Positions 1 through 9,500 of a stretch of 64,000 bases of DNA are shown here, one piece after another. The DNA is from an uncultured Limibaculum sp. (lineage in GTDB: Bacteria > Pseudomonadota > Alphaproteobacteria > Rhodobacterales > Rhodobacteraceae), in contig CAZNTX010000009.1 of the NCBI GenBank assembly GCA_964576075.1, positions 992 to 64,991 on the forward strand. Reading direction: 5' to 3'. The first letter of the stretch is position 1. Each line of letters begins with the position of its first letter. Position numbers and translations under genes: made by a program. Under the pieces are notes generated by a model. That model saw nothing but the letters and a program-made list of their open reading frames with translations, was not told the origin of the DNA and ran no database searches.

Positions 1-1075
1 GCAGGAGTTCAACCGCTTCAACGGCTATGTCGCGCATCGGATGCAGACCTATCGCGAGCTCATCCATCTGGTGCAGACCAAGTTCAACGGGCCCTCGGCG
101 GTCTGCCTGCGCATCGCCGTGCGCCATTTCGAGCGGGACTTCATCGACACCTTCCGCACCGCCGAACGCGGCTTCCGCGATCTCGACCGGATCGACGACA
201 CGGTCCGCGCCGTCCACCGCAACATCCACGAGGAGATGAAGGCGCGCACCGATCCGCTCGAGCGGGAGCGCATCCTCGCGGAGAAGGACAACGAGATGGT
301 CCGCATCCGGCGCAAGCATGCGATCGCCAAGCGGCCGGTCTCGATGTGGCTGCGCCGGCGGCTCGGGCAATTCTTCGGCTCGATCGCGGCGAGCCTGCTC
401 AACATGATCTGGTCGAGCGCCGAGGCGCGGGATCTCAAGCGCGAGCGGCGGCGGCTGCGCACGCGGCTCGGCGAGCTGCGCACCGAGATCGCCGAGCAGC
501 ACCGGGAGATCTTCTCCGAGCACGAGGCGGAGGTCGCCGGCGTCTGCCTCGAGTTGATCGAGCACGACCGGATGTTCCTCAGCCATCTCTACCACCGCTT
601 CGGCCTCGAGGTGGAGAGCCTCAAATTCACCGTCGCCTCGGGGCGCGTGCTCGAGCTGATCGCGGCGGACACCCCGGCCGGGGCGCAGGCGCGGCGCGCG
701 CTCGGCATGGACGCGATCGCCTGCGCGGACGAGCCCTGCACCGCCGATATCCTGCGCGAGAAGATCCGGGCCGACGCCGATCTCAACGAGTATGTGGGGC
801 TCGGGCCGGAAGCGGTGCTCGAAGGGACGCTCGAGGCCTATCTGCGGATCAAGATCCTGCTCGGCCGGGTCCGCATCCCAGGCTTCAACGCCCATTGGAT
901 CGCCCATCTGCCCCCGCCGGGAGAGTTCGGCCGGGCGCAGATCGAGCACGGGCATCTCGCGCACCAGCTCGCCTGGCTGAAGAAGCCGCTGCCGGGGATG
1001 GAGATCCAGGCCAACGGGCTCGTGGTGATCGACAGCGCGCCCGCCGAGGCGGCGCCCCGGGTCGCCGCCTCCTGA
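1..1075 (+). CDS. Hypothetical protein, 5'-truncated by the window edge; helical/coiled-coil-rich
   Basis: The frame is open from position 2 (QEFNRFNGYVAHR) into the 41..1075 ORF. Codon usage looks like real coding sequence. No family motif recognised. Confidence 0.75.
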   Translation, partial: QEFNRFNGYVAHRMQTYRELIHLVQTKFNGPSAVCLRIAVRHFERDFIDTFRTAERGFRDLDRIDDTVRAVHRNIHEEMKARTDPLERERILAEKDNEMVRIRRKHAIAKRPVSMWLRRRLGQFFGSIAASLLNMIWSSAEARDLKRERRRLRTRLGELRTEIAEQHREIFSEHEAEVAGVCLELIEHDRMFLSHLYHRFGLEVESLKFTVASGRVLELIAADTPAGAQARRALGMDAIACADEPCTADILREKIRADADLNEYVGLGPEAVLEGTLEAYLRIKILLGRVRIPGFNAHWIAHLPPPGEFGRAQIEHGHLAHQLAWLKKPLPGMEIQANGLVVIDSAPAEAAPRVAAS

Positions 1076-1078
1076 GCG

Positions 1079-2371
1079 TCACTCCGCCGCTTCGGCAGCG
1101 TCGGCAGTCTCGGGGATCGTCGTGGCGCGCTCGGCGGCGACGATCTCCTCGGCGAGGCGCATCCCGGCCTGGAACAGAAGCGCGATCAGGATCCCCCAGA
1201 TCATCCCGAAGAACCCCGCGCCGACGGCCCAGATCATGACGGTGGCGATGATCTGCATCTTCGTCATGCCGAGCTTCCGGCCGAGGATCTCGGGGGTGTA
1301 GTTGTAGGCCTCGAGCAAGCCCATCAGCTTCGCCACCGCGAGCAGCGCGACGATGCGGATCAGCACGTCGAGCCCGGTGCCGAAGCTCACCACCTCGAAG
1401 CCGAACCAGCCGAGCCCGGGCTGGATGTTCGTCGCCATCAGCAGGAAGGCCACCGCCATGCCGCCGAACCCGCCGATCTTGGGGATCGCGGTGACGAAGC
1501 CGAGCACCACCCCCATGAACACGATCGCCCCGAAGGAGAGCCCGAGCGGCAGCACCGCCATGCTCAGCATGTAGAGCACGGAGAGCGTCGCCGCGACCTC
1601 CAGATAGCCGATCATGAAGAGGCTGACGCCGTCCTGGTAGAGCTCGCCGAAGCGCAGCACGTTGGCCTGGAGCTTGGGGTCCTTGATGCCGCGCATGATG
1701 ATGCCGCGGTGCATCTTCGCCTCCTTCTCCCAACCGGCGAGGATGGTGCCGACGATCAGCGCGCCGATCACGAGCTTCACCCAGTCTCCGAGGAGCGTGC
1801 CGAGCGCGGCGAGGACCGACTCGAAGACCGATTGCAGGATGCCCTTGATGTCCTGCACCGCATCGCCCGCGACCTGCCCGAAGAGATTGGACAGCCCCGT
1901 CCAGCCCTGCCCCTCCTTCACGTCGACGTCGGGGACATACTCGGGCAGCTGCTCATGGGCGAAATCGAGCGCCTCGTTGATCTCGGCGATGATCGCGGGA
2001 AGCTGGGTCTCGAGCTGGGCGTAGAACACCTGCCCCTGCGCCTGCATCACGAAGACGAGGATCGGCAGCACCAGGATGGTCAGCGCCATCAGGAAATAGG
2101 AGACCATCTTGACCGCCCAAGCCTCGGACTTGATCGCGAGATGGACGTCCTTGGTGTAGGTCTTGCCGCCCCAGTGATAGGCGAAATGGAGCTTGCGCCC
2201 GGCGACGACGGCCTCGATATGCGGGCGCACGCCGATGGCGAAGATCACGATCCCGATCACATAGGCGAAGCCCTTGTAAGCCAGGAGCGCCGGCAAGATC
2301 ACGAAGGCCGCCGCATAGAGCCAGAGGGCGAAGCCGCCGGGGCTCGGCAGCCGGTCGATGATCCTGTCCAT
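1079..2371 (-). CDS. AI-2E family (PerM-like) transporter
   Basis: Multiple TM segments flank a soluble loop. Motifs GFVTAIPKIGG and YTPEILGRKLG match the AI-2E pattern. ATG at 2371 follows a GGAGG RBS. Confidence 0.8.
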   Translation of the reverse strand: MDRIIDRLPSPGGFALWLYAAAFVILPALLAYKGFAYVIGIVIFAIGVRPHIEAVVAGRKLHFAYHWGGKTYTKDVHLAIKSEAWAVKMVSYFLMALTILVLPILVFVMQAQGQVFYAQLETQLPAIIAEINEALDFAHEQLPEYVPDVDVKEGQGWTGLSNLFGQVAGDAVQDIKGILQSVFESVLAALGTLLGDWVKLVIGALIVGTILAGWEKEAKMHRGIIMRGIKDPKLQANVLRFGELYQDGVSLFMIGYLEVAATLSVLYMLSMAVLPLGLSFGAIVFMGVVLGFVTAIPKIGGFGGMAVAFLLMATNIQPGLGWFGFEVVSFGTGLDVLIRIVALLAVAKLMGLLEAYNYTPEILGRKLGMTKMQIIATVMIWAVGAGFFGMIWGILIALLFQAGMRLAEEIVAAERATTIPETADAAEAAE

Positions 2372-2671
2372 GGGAACCTCCCGCAGCGCGTCACCCCTGG
2401 GTTCTGTCCCAGCGCCGCCGCTTTGTCGAGCATGGATGCGGCATGTCGCGAATGAACGGATTGTCATAAAAGATTTTCGGAACTGTAACGGCTGCTGCGC
2501 CCGCGCGCGGCTACAACCCGCCGCGGAGATCGGGGGATCGCCGCGCGCGACCGGGGCGCCAGGCGGCGCGTCGGCACGGGCCGACGCCGTCCGCCGCCCC
2601 GGGCGCGAGAGCGCCGCCGCCGCCGACCTTCAAGGCCGCAATCCAGTTCGCTGACAGTCCGAGGAAGCTCC

Positions 2672-5600
2672 ATGTCTCTCATCATCTCCGGCGTGATCGA
2701 CGGCCCGCTCTCCGGCGGCGTGCCCAAGGCGGTCGAGCTCTACGCCACCGCCGACATCGCCGATCTGTCGATCTACGGCCTCGAGAGCGCCAACAACGGC
2801 GGCGCCTCCGGGGGCGAGGAGTTCACCTTCCCCTCGGTGAGCGCGACCGCGGGCGACTACATCTACGTCGCGAGCGAGAGCACGGGCTTCACGAGCTTTT
2901 TCGGCTTCGCGCCGGACTACACCTCGAGCGCGCTCTCCATCAACGGCGACGATGCGATCCTCCTCTTCCAGAACGGCTCGGTGATCGATGTCTTCGGCGA
3001 GGTCGGCGTCGACGGCACCGGCGAGCCCTGGGAGCACACCGACGGCTGGGCCTATCGCGACACCGGCACCGGCCCGGACGGCGCGACCTTCGACCTCGCC
3101 AATTGGAGCTTCAGCGGCACCGACGCGCTCGACAGCGAGACGAGCAACGCCACCGCCGCGACGCCCTTCCCGACCGGCACCTTCCTCCTGGCGGCCCCGG
3201 CCCCCTCGATCGTCATCAACGAGGTGCTGTTCGACCCCGCGACCGGCATCGCGGGAGACGCCAATGGCGACGGCATCCGCGACGCCGCCAATGACGAATT
3301 CGTCGAGATCGTGAACACCGGCGCCGGGCCGCTCGACATCTCCGGCTGGACGCTCAGCGACGACGACGGCGACGACTTCGCCTTTCCCGGGGGCACCTTG
3401 CTCGCCGCGGGGCAGGCGGCCGTCCTCTTCGGCGGCGGCACCCCCACCGGCGCCTTCGGCGGCGCCCTCGTCTTCACCGACGACGGCTCGATCGGCAACG
3501 GCCTGTCCAACAGCGGCGATCTCGTCGAACTGCGCGACGACACCGGCACCCTGATCGACAGCGTCGGCTATGGCGGCGCCGGCGCCGTCACCGGCGGCAG
3601 CGACCAGTCGATCACGCGCGACCCCGACCTCACGGGCGGCTTCGCGGACCACACGGGCGCCACGGGCTCGGGCGGCGCGGCCTTCTCCCCCGGCACCCGG
3701 ATCGACGGCACGCCTTTCGGCGGGGCCGCAGCCCCCACTCTCGCGATCGACGACGTGCAGGCGGTGGAGGGCGACAGCGGCACCACCGACTTCACCTTCA
3801 CCGTGACGCTGACCGGCGCCGCCTCCGGCCCGTTCACCGTCGATGTCGCCACCGCCGACGGCACCGCGACCGCAGGCAGCGACTACACCGCGGCGAGCGA
3901 CACCCTCTCCTTCGCCGGCACCGACGGCGAGACGCAGAGCTTCACCGTCAGCGTCCTCGGCGACACCGCCCCCGAGCCCGACGAGACCTTCACCGCCACG
4001 CTCTCGGGCGTCACCGGCGCGGCCGACGTGGTCATCGGCACCGCCACGGGCACCGGCACCGTCGAGAACGACGACGGCCTCGCGATCACCCGGATCCACA
4101 CGATCCAGGGCAGCCCCGCGACGCAGCTCTCCAACCCGGTGAGCGGCAACGACAATATGGACGGCAGCCCACTCGACGGGCAGATCGTCACCGTCGAGGC
4201 CATCGTCGTCGGCGACTTCCAGGACGGCGACGCCGACACCACCCGCAACCTCCGCGGCTTCTACATCCAGGAGGAGGACGGCGACGCCGACGGCGACGCG
4301 GCCACCTCCGAGGGCATCTTCGTCTTCGAGAACGGCGACTTCATCACCGATGTCGCGGTCGGCGATCTGGTGCGCGTCACCGGCACCGTGGACGAGTTCT
4401 TCGGCGAGACCCAGCTCGACACGATCACCGACATCACCGTGGTCTCCTCCTCGAACCCGCTGCCGAGCGCGGCCAGCATCACGCTCCCCTCGGCTGCCAC
4501 CAGCACCGCCCAGGACGGCGATCTGCAGGCCGATCTCGAGGCCTTCGAGGGCATGCGCGTCACCTTCCCGGACACGCTGACCGTCACGGAGATGTTCCAG
4601 CTCGACCGCTTCAACGAGATCAAGCTCTCCCAGGGCGGCCGGCTCGACCAGTTCACCCAGAACAACGCCCCCTCGGTCGCCGGCTTCCAGGCCCATCTCG
4701 CCGACATCGCCGCGCGCACCATCACCTATGACGACGGCGAGAACCGCCAGAACGAGCTGATCGGCCAGCTCGACGGCTTCGGCCCGACCTTCTCGACCGC
4801 CACCGACATCCGCATGGGCGACACGATCGACAATCTCTCCGGCGTGCTCTCCTACCAGTGGGCCGGCGCCTCCGCCTCCCAGGCCACCTGGCGGGTGCGC
4901 GCGGCCGAGGACGGCGAGAACGCCTTCGACAAGGTCAACGCCCGCCCCGCGACGCCCGAGGACGTCGGCGGCTCGATCCAGGTCGCGAGCCTCAACGTGC
5001 TGAACTACTTCACGACGATCGACGACGGCTCGAGCACCACGGACAACGGCCTGGGCCCCCGCGGCGCCGACGATCTGACCCGCTTCGGCGGCCCGGCGCC
5101 TGCGGGCACCGACCCGACTGCCGAGTTCGACCGGCAGACCGAGAAGCTCGTCACCCAGATCCTCGGCATCGGCGCCGACATCTTCGGCCTCGTCGAGCTC
5201 GAGAACTCCAACGCCGACACGGCGCTCGCCAATCTCGTGAACGAGCTCAACGCCGTCGCCGGCGCCGGAACCTACGACTTCGTGGCGACGCCCGGCCTCG
5301 TCGGCACCGACGCGATCACCACCGGCTTCATCTACACCCCGGATACGGTCTCGCTCGTCGGCAATCCCGCGATCCTCGACAGCTCCGATTTCACCGATCC
5401 CAACGCCACCGGCCAGGACCGCAACCGCCCCGCCGTGGCGCAGACCTTCGAGGAGATCGCCACCGGCGAGCGCTTCACCGCCGCGGTCAACCACTTCAAA
5501 TCGAAGGGCGACTCGGGCCTCGAAGGCGGGCCCCTCGCGAACCCCGATGTCGATCAGGGCGACGGCCAGGGCTTCTGGAACGACACCCGCACCGACGCCG

Positions 5601-6352
5601 CCATCGCGCTCGCCGACTGGCTCGCGACCGACCCGACCGGCGCCAGCGATCCGGACTTCATGATCATGGGCGATCTCAACGCCTATGCCGAGGAGGACCC
5701 GATCACCGCGCTCGAGGGCCTCGGCTACACCGACCTCGCCGCCTCCTTCCTCACCGACCCCTACTCCTTCGTGTTCGACGGCCAGCGCGGCACGCTCGAC
5801 TACATCCTGGTCAACGACAGCCTCTTCGCCCAGGTCACCGACGCCACCGAGTGGCACGTCAACGCCGACGAGCCGGATGCGATCGACTACAACCTCGATT
5901 TCGGCCGCGATTCGACGATCTTCGACGGCAGCGTCCCCTGGCGCGGCTCGGACCACGACCCGGTGATCACCGGGCTCTCGCTCCAGTCCGGCGGCGGCGC
6001 CAAGACGGTGATCTCCGCGACCAACGGCGCGGGCTTCGACAATCTCCAGGGCAGCGACGACGACGAGATCTTCGTGTTCGACGGCGGCGTCGACATCGCG
6101 ACCACCGGCGGCGGCGCGGACGATCTCGACCTCTCGGGCCCCGTCGCCAATCCCGGCCGCGACAACGTGGTCGCGACCGATTTCGACCCGACCGAGGACG
6201 CCATCCTCGGCATCTCCGAGACCGACGTGCTGCGCGCCTTCGAGCTGTCCTCGCGGACGCTCCTCGTGCTCGACAGCGGCGATCTCGTCAGCCTGATCGG
6301 GGTGAGCGACGCCGACTCGATCGTCTATGCCGACGATCTCGGCATCGCCTGA
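2672..6352 (+). CDS. ExeM/NucH-family extracellular endonuclease with lamin-tail-like and Calx-beta domains
   Basis: EEP catalytic motifs VASLNVLNYF, NHFKSKG, MGDLNAY, TLDYILV and SDHDPV are present. Also an LTD-like IVINEVLFDP..EFVEI segment, a Calx-beta EGDSGTT..FTVTL segment and an OB-fold region (RGFYIQE). Confidence 0.9.
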   Translation: MSLIISGVIDGPLSGGVPKAVELYATADIADLSIYGLESANNGGASGGEEFTFPSVSATAGDYIYVASESTGFTSFFGFAPDYTSSALSINGDDAILLFQNGSVIDVFGEVGVDGTGEPWEHTDGWAYRDTGTGPDGATFDLANWSFSGTDALDSETSNATAATPFPTGTFLLAAPAPSIVINEVLFDPATGIAGDANGDGIRDAANDEFVEIVNTGAGPLDISGWTLSDDDGDDFAFPGGTLLAAGQAAVLFGGGTPTGAFGGALVFTDDGSIGNGLSNSGDLVELRDDTGTLIDSVGYGGAGAVTGGSDQSITRDPDLTGGFADHTGATGSGGAAFSPGTRIDGTPFGGAAAPTLAIDDVQAVEGDSGTTDFTFTVTLTGAASGPFTVDVATADGTATAGSDYTAASDTLSFAGTDGETQSFTVSVLGDTAPEPDETFTATLSGVTGAADVVIGTATGTGTVENDDGLAITRIHTIQGSPATQLSNPVSGNDNMDGSPLDGQIVTVEAIVVGDFQDGDADTTRNLRGFYIQEEDGDADGDAATSEGIFVFENGDFITDVAVGDLVRVTGTVDEFFGETQLDTITDITVVSSSNPLPSAASITLPSAATSTAQDGDLQADLEAFEGMRVTFPDTLTVTEMFQLDRFNEIKLSQGGRLDQFTQNNAPSVAGFQAHLADIAARTITYDDGENRQNELIGQLDGFGPTFSTATDIRMGDTIDNLSGVLSYQWAGASASQATWRVRAAEDGENAFDKVNARPATPEDVGGSIQVASLNVLNYFTTIDDGSSTTDNGLGPRGADDLTRFGGPAPAGTDPTAEFDRQTEKLVTQILGIGADIFGLVELENSNADTALANLVNELNAVAGAGTYDFVATPGLVGTDAITTGFIYTPDTVSLVGNPAILDSSDFTDPNATGQDRNRPAVAQTFEEIATGERFTAAVNHFKSKGDSGLEGGPLANPDVDQGDGQGFWNDTRTDAAIALADWLATDPTGASDPDFMIMGDLNAYAEEDPITALEGLGYTDLAASFLTDPYSFVFDGQRGTLDYILVNDSLFAQVTDATEWHVNADEPDAIDYNLDFGRDSTIFDGSVPWRGSDHDPVITGLSLQSGGGAKTVISATNGAGFDNLQGSDDDEIFVFDGGVDIATTGGGADDLDLSGPVANPGRDNVVATDFDPTEDAILGISETDVLRAFELSSRTLLVLDSGDLVSLIGVSDADSIVYADDLGIA

Positions 6353-6391
6353 GCCCGCCCGCACAGAACCGACAAGCGTAAGGACAGACCG

Positions 6392-6955
6392 ATGACCCTC
6401 AAGACCCTCGCCGCCGCCGCGGCCGTCTCCCTCGCCGCCGCCACCGCGGGCGCGGCCACCCTCGACACCGTGACCGTCGACACCGCCACCGGCTATTTCG
6501 ACATCGCCGACGGCACCACCGTCACCTTCTCCGACGCGACGGACCCGAACCTCCTCGCCATCGACTTCGCCTGGCCGAGCGGCGTCGGCGTCGCCCCGGC
6601 GACCCTGATCTTCGCCAATTTCGACATCGACGCGACCACCGACGAGATCACCGGCGGCACGCTCCTCGTCGACGGCACCTCCGATCTCGGCCCGGTGCTC
6701 GACGCCCGCTTCGACGGTACCCTGCTCGAAGTGCTCTTCGGCTCGGATGCGGGGGCGCTCGCCGGGGACTTCGGCCATTTCGCGGTGCTGACGGTCTCCG
6801 GCATCTCCGGCATCGATCTCGGATCGGGCGGCGACCAGACCGGCTTCGGCACCGGGCGGATCAACCCCGCCGTGGTGCCGCTGCCCGCCGGCCTGCCGCT
6901 CCTGCTCACCGGTCTCGCCGCCGTCGCCTACGTCGCGCGCCGCCGCGCGGCCTGA
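6392..6955 (+). CDS. VPLPA-CTERM (PEP-CTERM) surface protein
   Basis: N-terminal signal peptide and C-terminal VVPLPAGLPLLLTGLAAVAYVARRRAA. Confidence 0.9.
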   Translation: MTLKTLAAAAAVSLAAATAGAATLDTVTVDTATGYFDIADGTTVTFSDATDPNLLAIDFAWPSGVGVAPATLIFANFDIDATTDEITGGTLLVDGTSDLGPVLDARFDGTLLEVLFGSDAGALAGDFGHFAVLTVSGISGIDLGSGGDQTGFGTGRINPAVVPLPAGLPLLLTGLAAVAYVARRRAA

Positions 6956-7066
6956 GGCACCCGCCGCGCGCGCCCGGCCCGGCGCGCGCGGCCCCGCGGG
7001 GCCTGGGAATCGGCCGGGGCTGTGCTAGGCTCTCCCGGTCGTCAACGAAGCCCCCCGGACCGATCG

Positions 7067-7918
7067 ATGCGCATCACCCTCGGCCCCATCCTCCTCGCCA
7101 TCGCCATCCTGCTAGCCCCCGTCGTCTGGCACCTCTCCGCCCGCTATCTCGGCGGCGACGAGCGGATCGAGTCCCTCGAAGGCCAGCTCGCCGCGCTGCG
7201 CGCCCAACTCAACGGCGAGCTCGTCCGGATCGACGAACTCTCCGACAAGGCCGCGACCCTCGACCAGCGCACCGCCCGCATGCAGCTCGACCTCGCCACG
7301 CTGCGCGAAGGCGGCTACGCCGGCCCCGCCCCCACCCCCGCGCCCGGCCCGGAGATCTCCGGCCCCGGCATCGAGAACTACGCGATGGTGGTGAAGGTCG
7401 CCGACCGGAGGAGCTTCAACAAGGGGCTCACGGTCGCCACCCCGAGCTTCCTCGGCGAGCTCCTCGGCCCCCCGCGCGAGCAGCTCACGGACGAATGCGA
7501 GGAGATGGAGAACGAAGAGCTCAAGGGCATGCTCGAGCTCGCCGATGTCGGGCCGATCAAGGTGCGGATGCTGCGCCCCGCGATCCTCTCCCTGCAGCAG
7601 ATCTTCCGCAACATCCAGGTCTACGAGCCGGAGCTCTATGCGCGCATCTCCTCGGCGGGCTCGCTCTGCGTGCGCCGGATCCGCGGCTCGGAGACGGCGG
7701 CCTCGGCCCATGCCTACGGGCTCGCGGTCGATCTCAACATCGACGGCCAGCTCGACACGCTCGGCGACGGGCAGACCCAGCTCGGGCTCGTGCTCCTCGC
7801 GGAGAAGTTCAACCAGGAAGGCTGGATCTGGGGCGCGGGCTTCGGCCGCGAGGACTCGATGCATTTCGAGGTCTCCCGCGAAAAGCTCGAACAATGGCGC
7901 CGTCTCGGCGAGATTTGA
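7067..7918 (+). CDS. Membrane-anchored M15-family (D,D/L,D-peptidase fold) zinc peptidase with coiled coil
   Basis: N-terminal TM helix and coiled coil. Motifs CVRRIRG, SAHAYGLAVDLN and EDSMHFE fit the M15 His/Asp/His ligands. Confidence 0.8.
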   Translation: MRITLGPILLAIAILLAPVVWHLSARYLGGDERIESLEGQLAALRAQLNGELVRIDELSDKAATLDQRTARMQLDLATLREGGYAGPAPTPAPGPEISGPGIENYAMVVKVADRRSFNKGLTVATPSFLGELLGPPREQLTDECEEMENEELKGMLELADVGPIKVRMLRPAILSLQQIFRNIQVYEPELYARISSAGSLCVRRIRGSETAASAHAYGLAVDLNIDGQLDTLGDGQTQLGLVLLAEKFNQEGWIWGAGFGREDSMHFEVSREKLEQWRRLGEI

Positions 7919-7994
7919 CCCCACCGTCCAAGCGGCCGGACCGGCCCTATGTCGCACAGCCCCGCCGGCCTTCGGCCGTCAGGCTGCACGACCG

Positions 7995-8063
7995 CGCCCA
8001 CCCCCACCCCCGCCACCGCCGCGCGGCTGAGCCGCGCGGCGGTGGCGGGGGTGGGGGTGGGCG
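7995..8063. repeat. Perfect 33-bp inverted repeat with a 3-nt loop (TGA)
   Basis: 7995-8027 CGCCCACCCCCACCCCCGCCACCGCCGCGCGGC is the exact reverse complement of 8031-8063. Confidence 0.95.
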
Positions 8064-8124
8064 TTGGAAGCGCCCTCGAGCCTCGCGAACCGATACCGGC
8101 TATCCGAGACGGTGACCTGCTCGG

Positions 8125-9020
8125 TGGCCAGACCCCAATCGCGGATCCGGCGTCCACGGCAGTGGACCGCGGCATGGGGTGCCATAGCGATCGACGGACC
8201 CGGGCGTGGCCACATGACGGCCGCGGCGATGCTGACCTCTGGGGCCGGAGGCTGCCATCGAAGCAGGGAACGAGGCCGGACGGCCTTGCAGCGGCGCGTC
8301 CGCATCTCGATCGGACCCCGGGGCTTCTTCGACCAATTGGGAGATGCCCCCGACGCGCAGCTCGTCGCACAGCTTCGGGTCGACGCTCTCGACGCGTCGC
8401 GAAACCGCGGGCGCGCAGCGTCGTGCTGCCAGGGTGAGCCGGGCCAGGACTTCGAGCATGTCCGATGCGTTGAGGCGGCGCGGCACCCGGATCGCCCGGG
8501 AGTCGCGGGTAAACTCGTCAAAACCGCAGAGCATCCTGAGCCTCCAGCCGTCATGTGCGGGCTCCCCGACCAAATCGTCCGCCCCGACGCAGTTGGCCCG
8601 CTTCGGCCGGGCCCGGTGCACAGGCCACGGGCCACGGGCCACGGGCCACGGGCCACGGGGGGCGTCACAGCGGGGGTCTGGGCTCGTCAATCCCCCGCAG
8701 AGCCTCCTGCGAGATCTGCTTGTCGAACGTAAGGTCCGTGACCGCCTTTCCCTGCCCGGCGGTCTCCTGCGCGCGTTCCGTCAGTCGTCTCGCCTGGTCG
8801 CGCTTCAACCTGCTCTAGTCGTTGCGCCAGGAGCGATGCGGAACCTCGATCACCCCGATCCCGCGTTCCGCCTCGGACAGCTGCCCGCCCTGCGCCACCG
8901 CCACATACAGCCGCCGCAGGCAGACGACGATCTCCTCGGGGTCGTGTTCCCGTCTCGGCATGGATCCGCCTCGCCAGCCCGGCCGACATTGGGGGTGGAG
9001 CCGTTTCCGGGGGAGGGCCA
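8125..9020 (-). mobile_element. Degenerate, internally deleted IS3-family element (IS407-like), orfA/orfB remnants
   Basis: OrfA remnant MPRREHDPEEIVVCLRRL..IGVIEV and ..VTDLTFDKQI. OrfB remnants DGWRLRMLCGFDEFTRDSRAIRVPRRLNASDMLEVL, ESVDPKLCDEL and RPRSLLRWQPPAPEV lie in shifting frames. Imperfect terminal IRs start TGGCC at 9020 (minus) and 8125 (plus). Confidence 0.85.
8623..8657. repeat. Tandem repeat (GGCCACG)x5 inside the IS remnant
   Basis: Five exact 7-mer copies read directly from the sequence. Confidence 0.95.
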
Positions 9021-9029
9021 AGCGCCTTG

Positions 9030-9500
9030 GCGCAAGCGGGTCTCGGACGGACGTTCACGGCGCCGGCGTCGAACCGGGTTTGGCCGGCCGTCCTGACCCA
9101 TTCCCCGACCGTCGCACGCTGGCTTTTTGTCGCGCCGCCGATCGACATGCACGGACCCTCCCGCCATGGATCGCCCTGGACACGCTCGACATGGCCGTCG
9201 AGTGTCGGCGGCCTGAGCCCGGTCCGATCCGGCCCTCGGATCGCGGGGCCCGATATGCCCTCGATGGCCCGGACGCGCATCTGTCTCGACAATGCGCCCA
9301 TGGAGAGCGTCGAACCGGGACGGGCCGGTCTGCACGGAAGACCGGATCGCCACGGTCGCGGAGATCGCGAGGCCGCGACGGAGCGTGTCGCAGCCGGCCG
9401 AGCAGCTCGGGCGTGCCGGCGCCGGGGGACGGCTCGGAGCCGTTTCTCGGACTGGGGCGGGGGGCTGGACACTCGGCGTGGGGGGACTGACTGACATGCC
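9030..9500 (+). mobile_element. Second, more eroded IS3-family transposase (orfB integrase core) fragment
   Basis: Frame-shifted pieces GRTFTAPASNRVWPAVLTHSPT..WLFVAPPIDM, ALDTLDMAVECRRPEPGPIRPSDRGARYA and LDNAPMES resemble IS3 orfB RNFTA.APNRVW.ADITY, HHSDRGSQY and YDNAPMES. Confidence 0.7.

Noticed and set aside
2630-6778. 1382-aa minus-strand ORF, and other long antisense or alternate-frame ORFs such as 45471-48170, 28337-30274 and 49584-51704
   Set aside because: Shadow ORFs mirroring real genes in GC-rich DNA; no motifs. Only the 3' 201 codons of 45471-48170 are a real gene.
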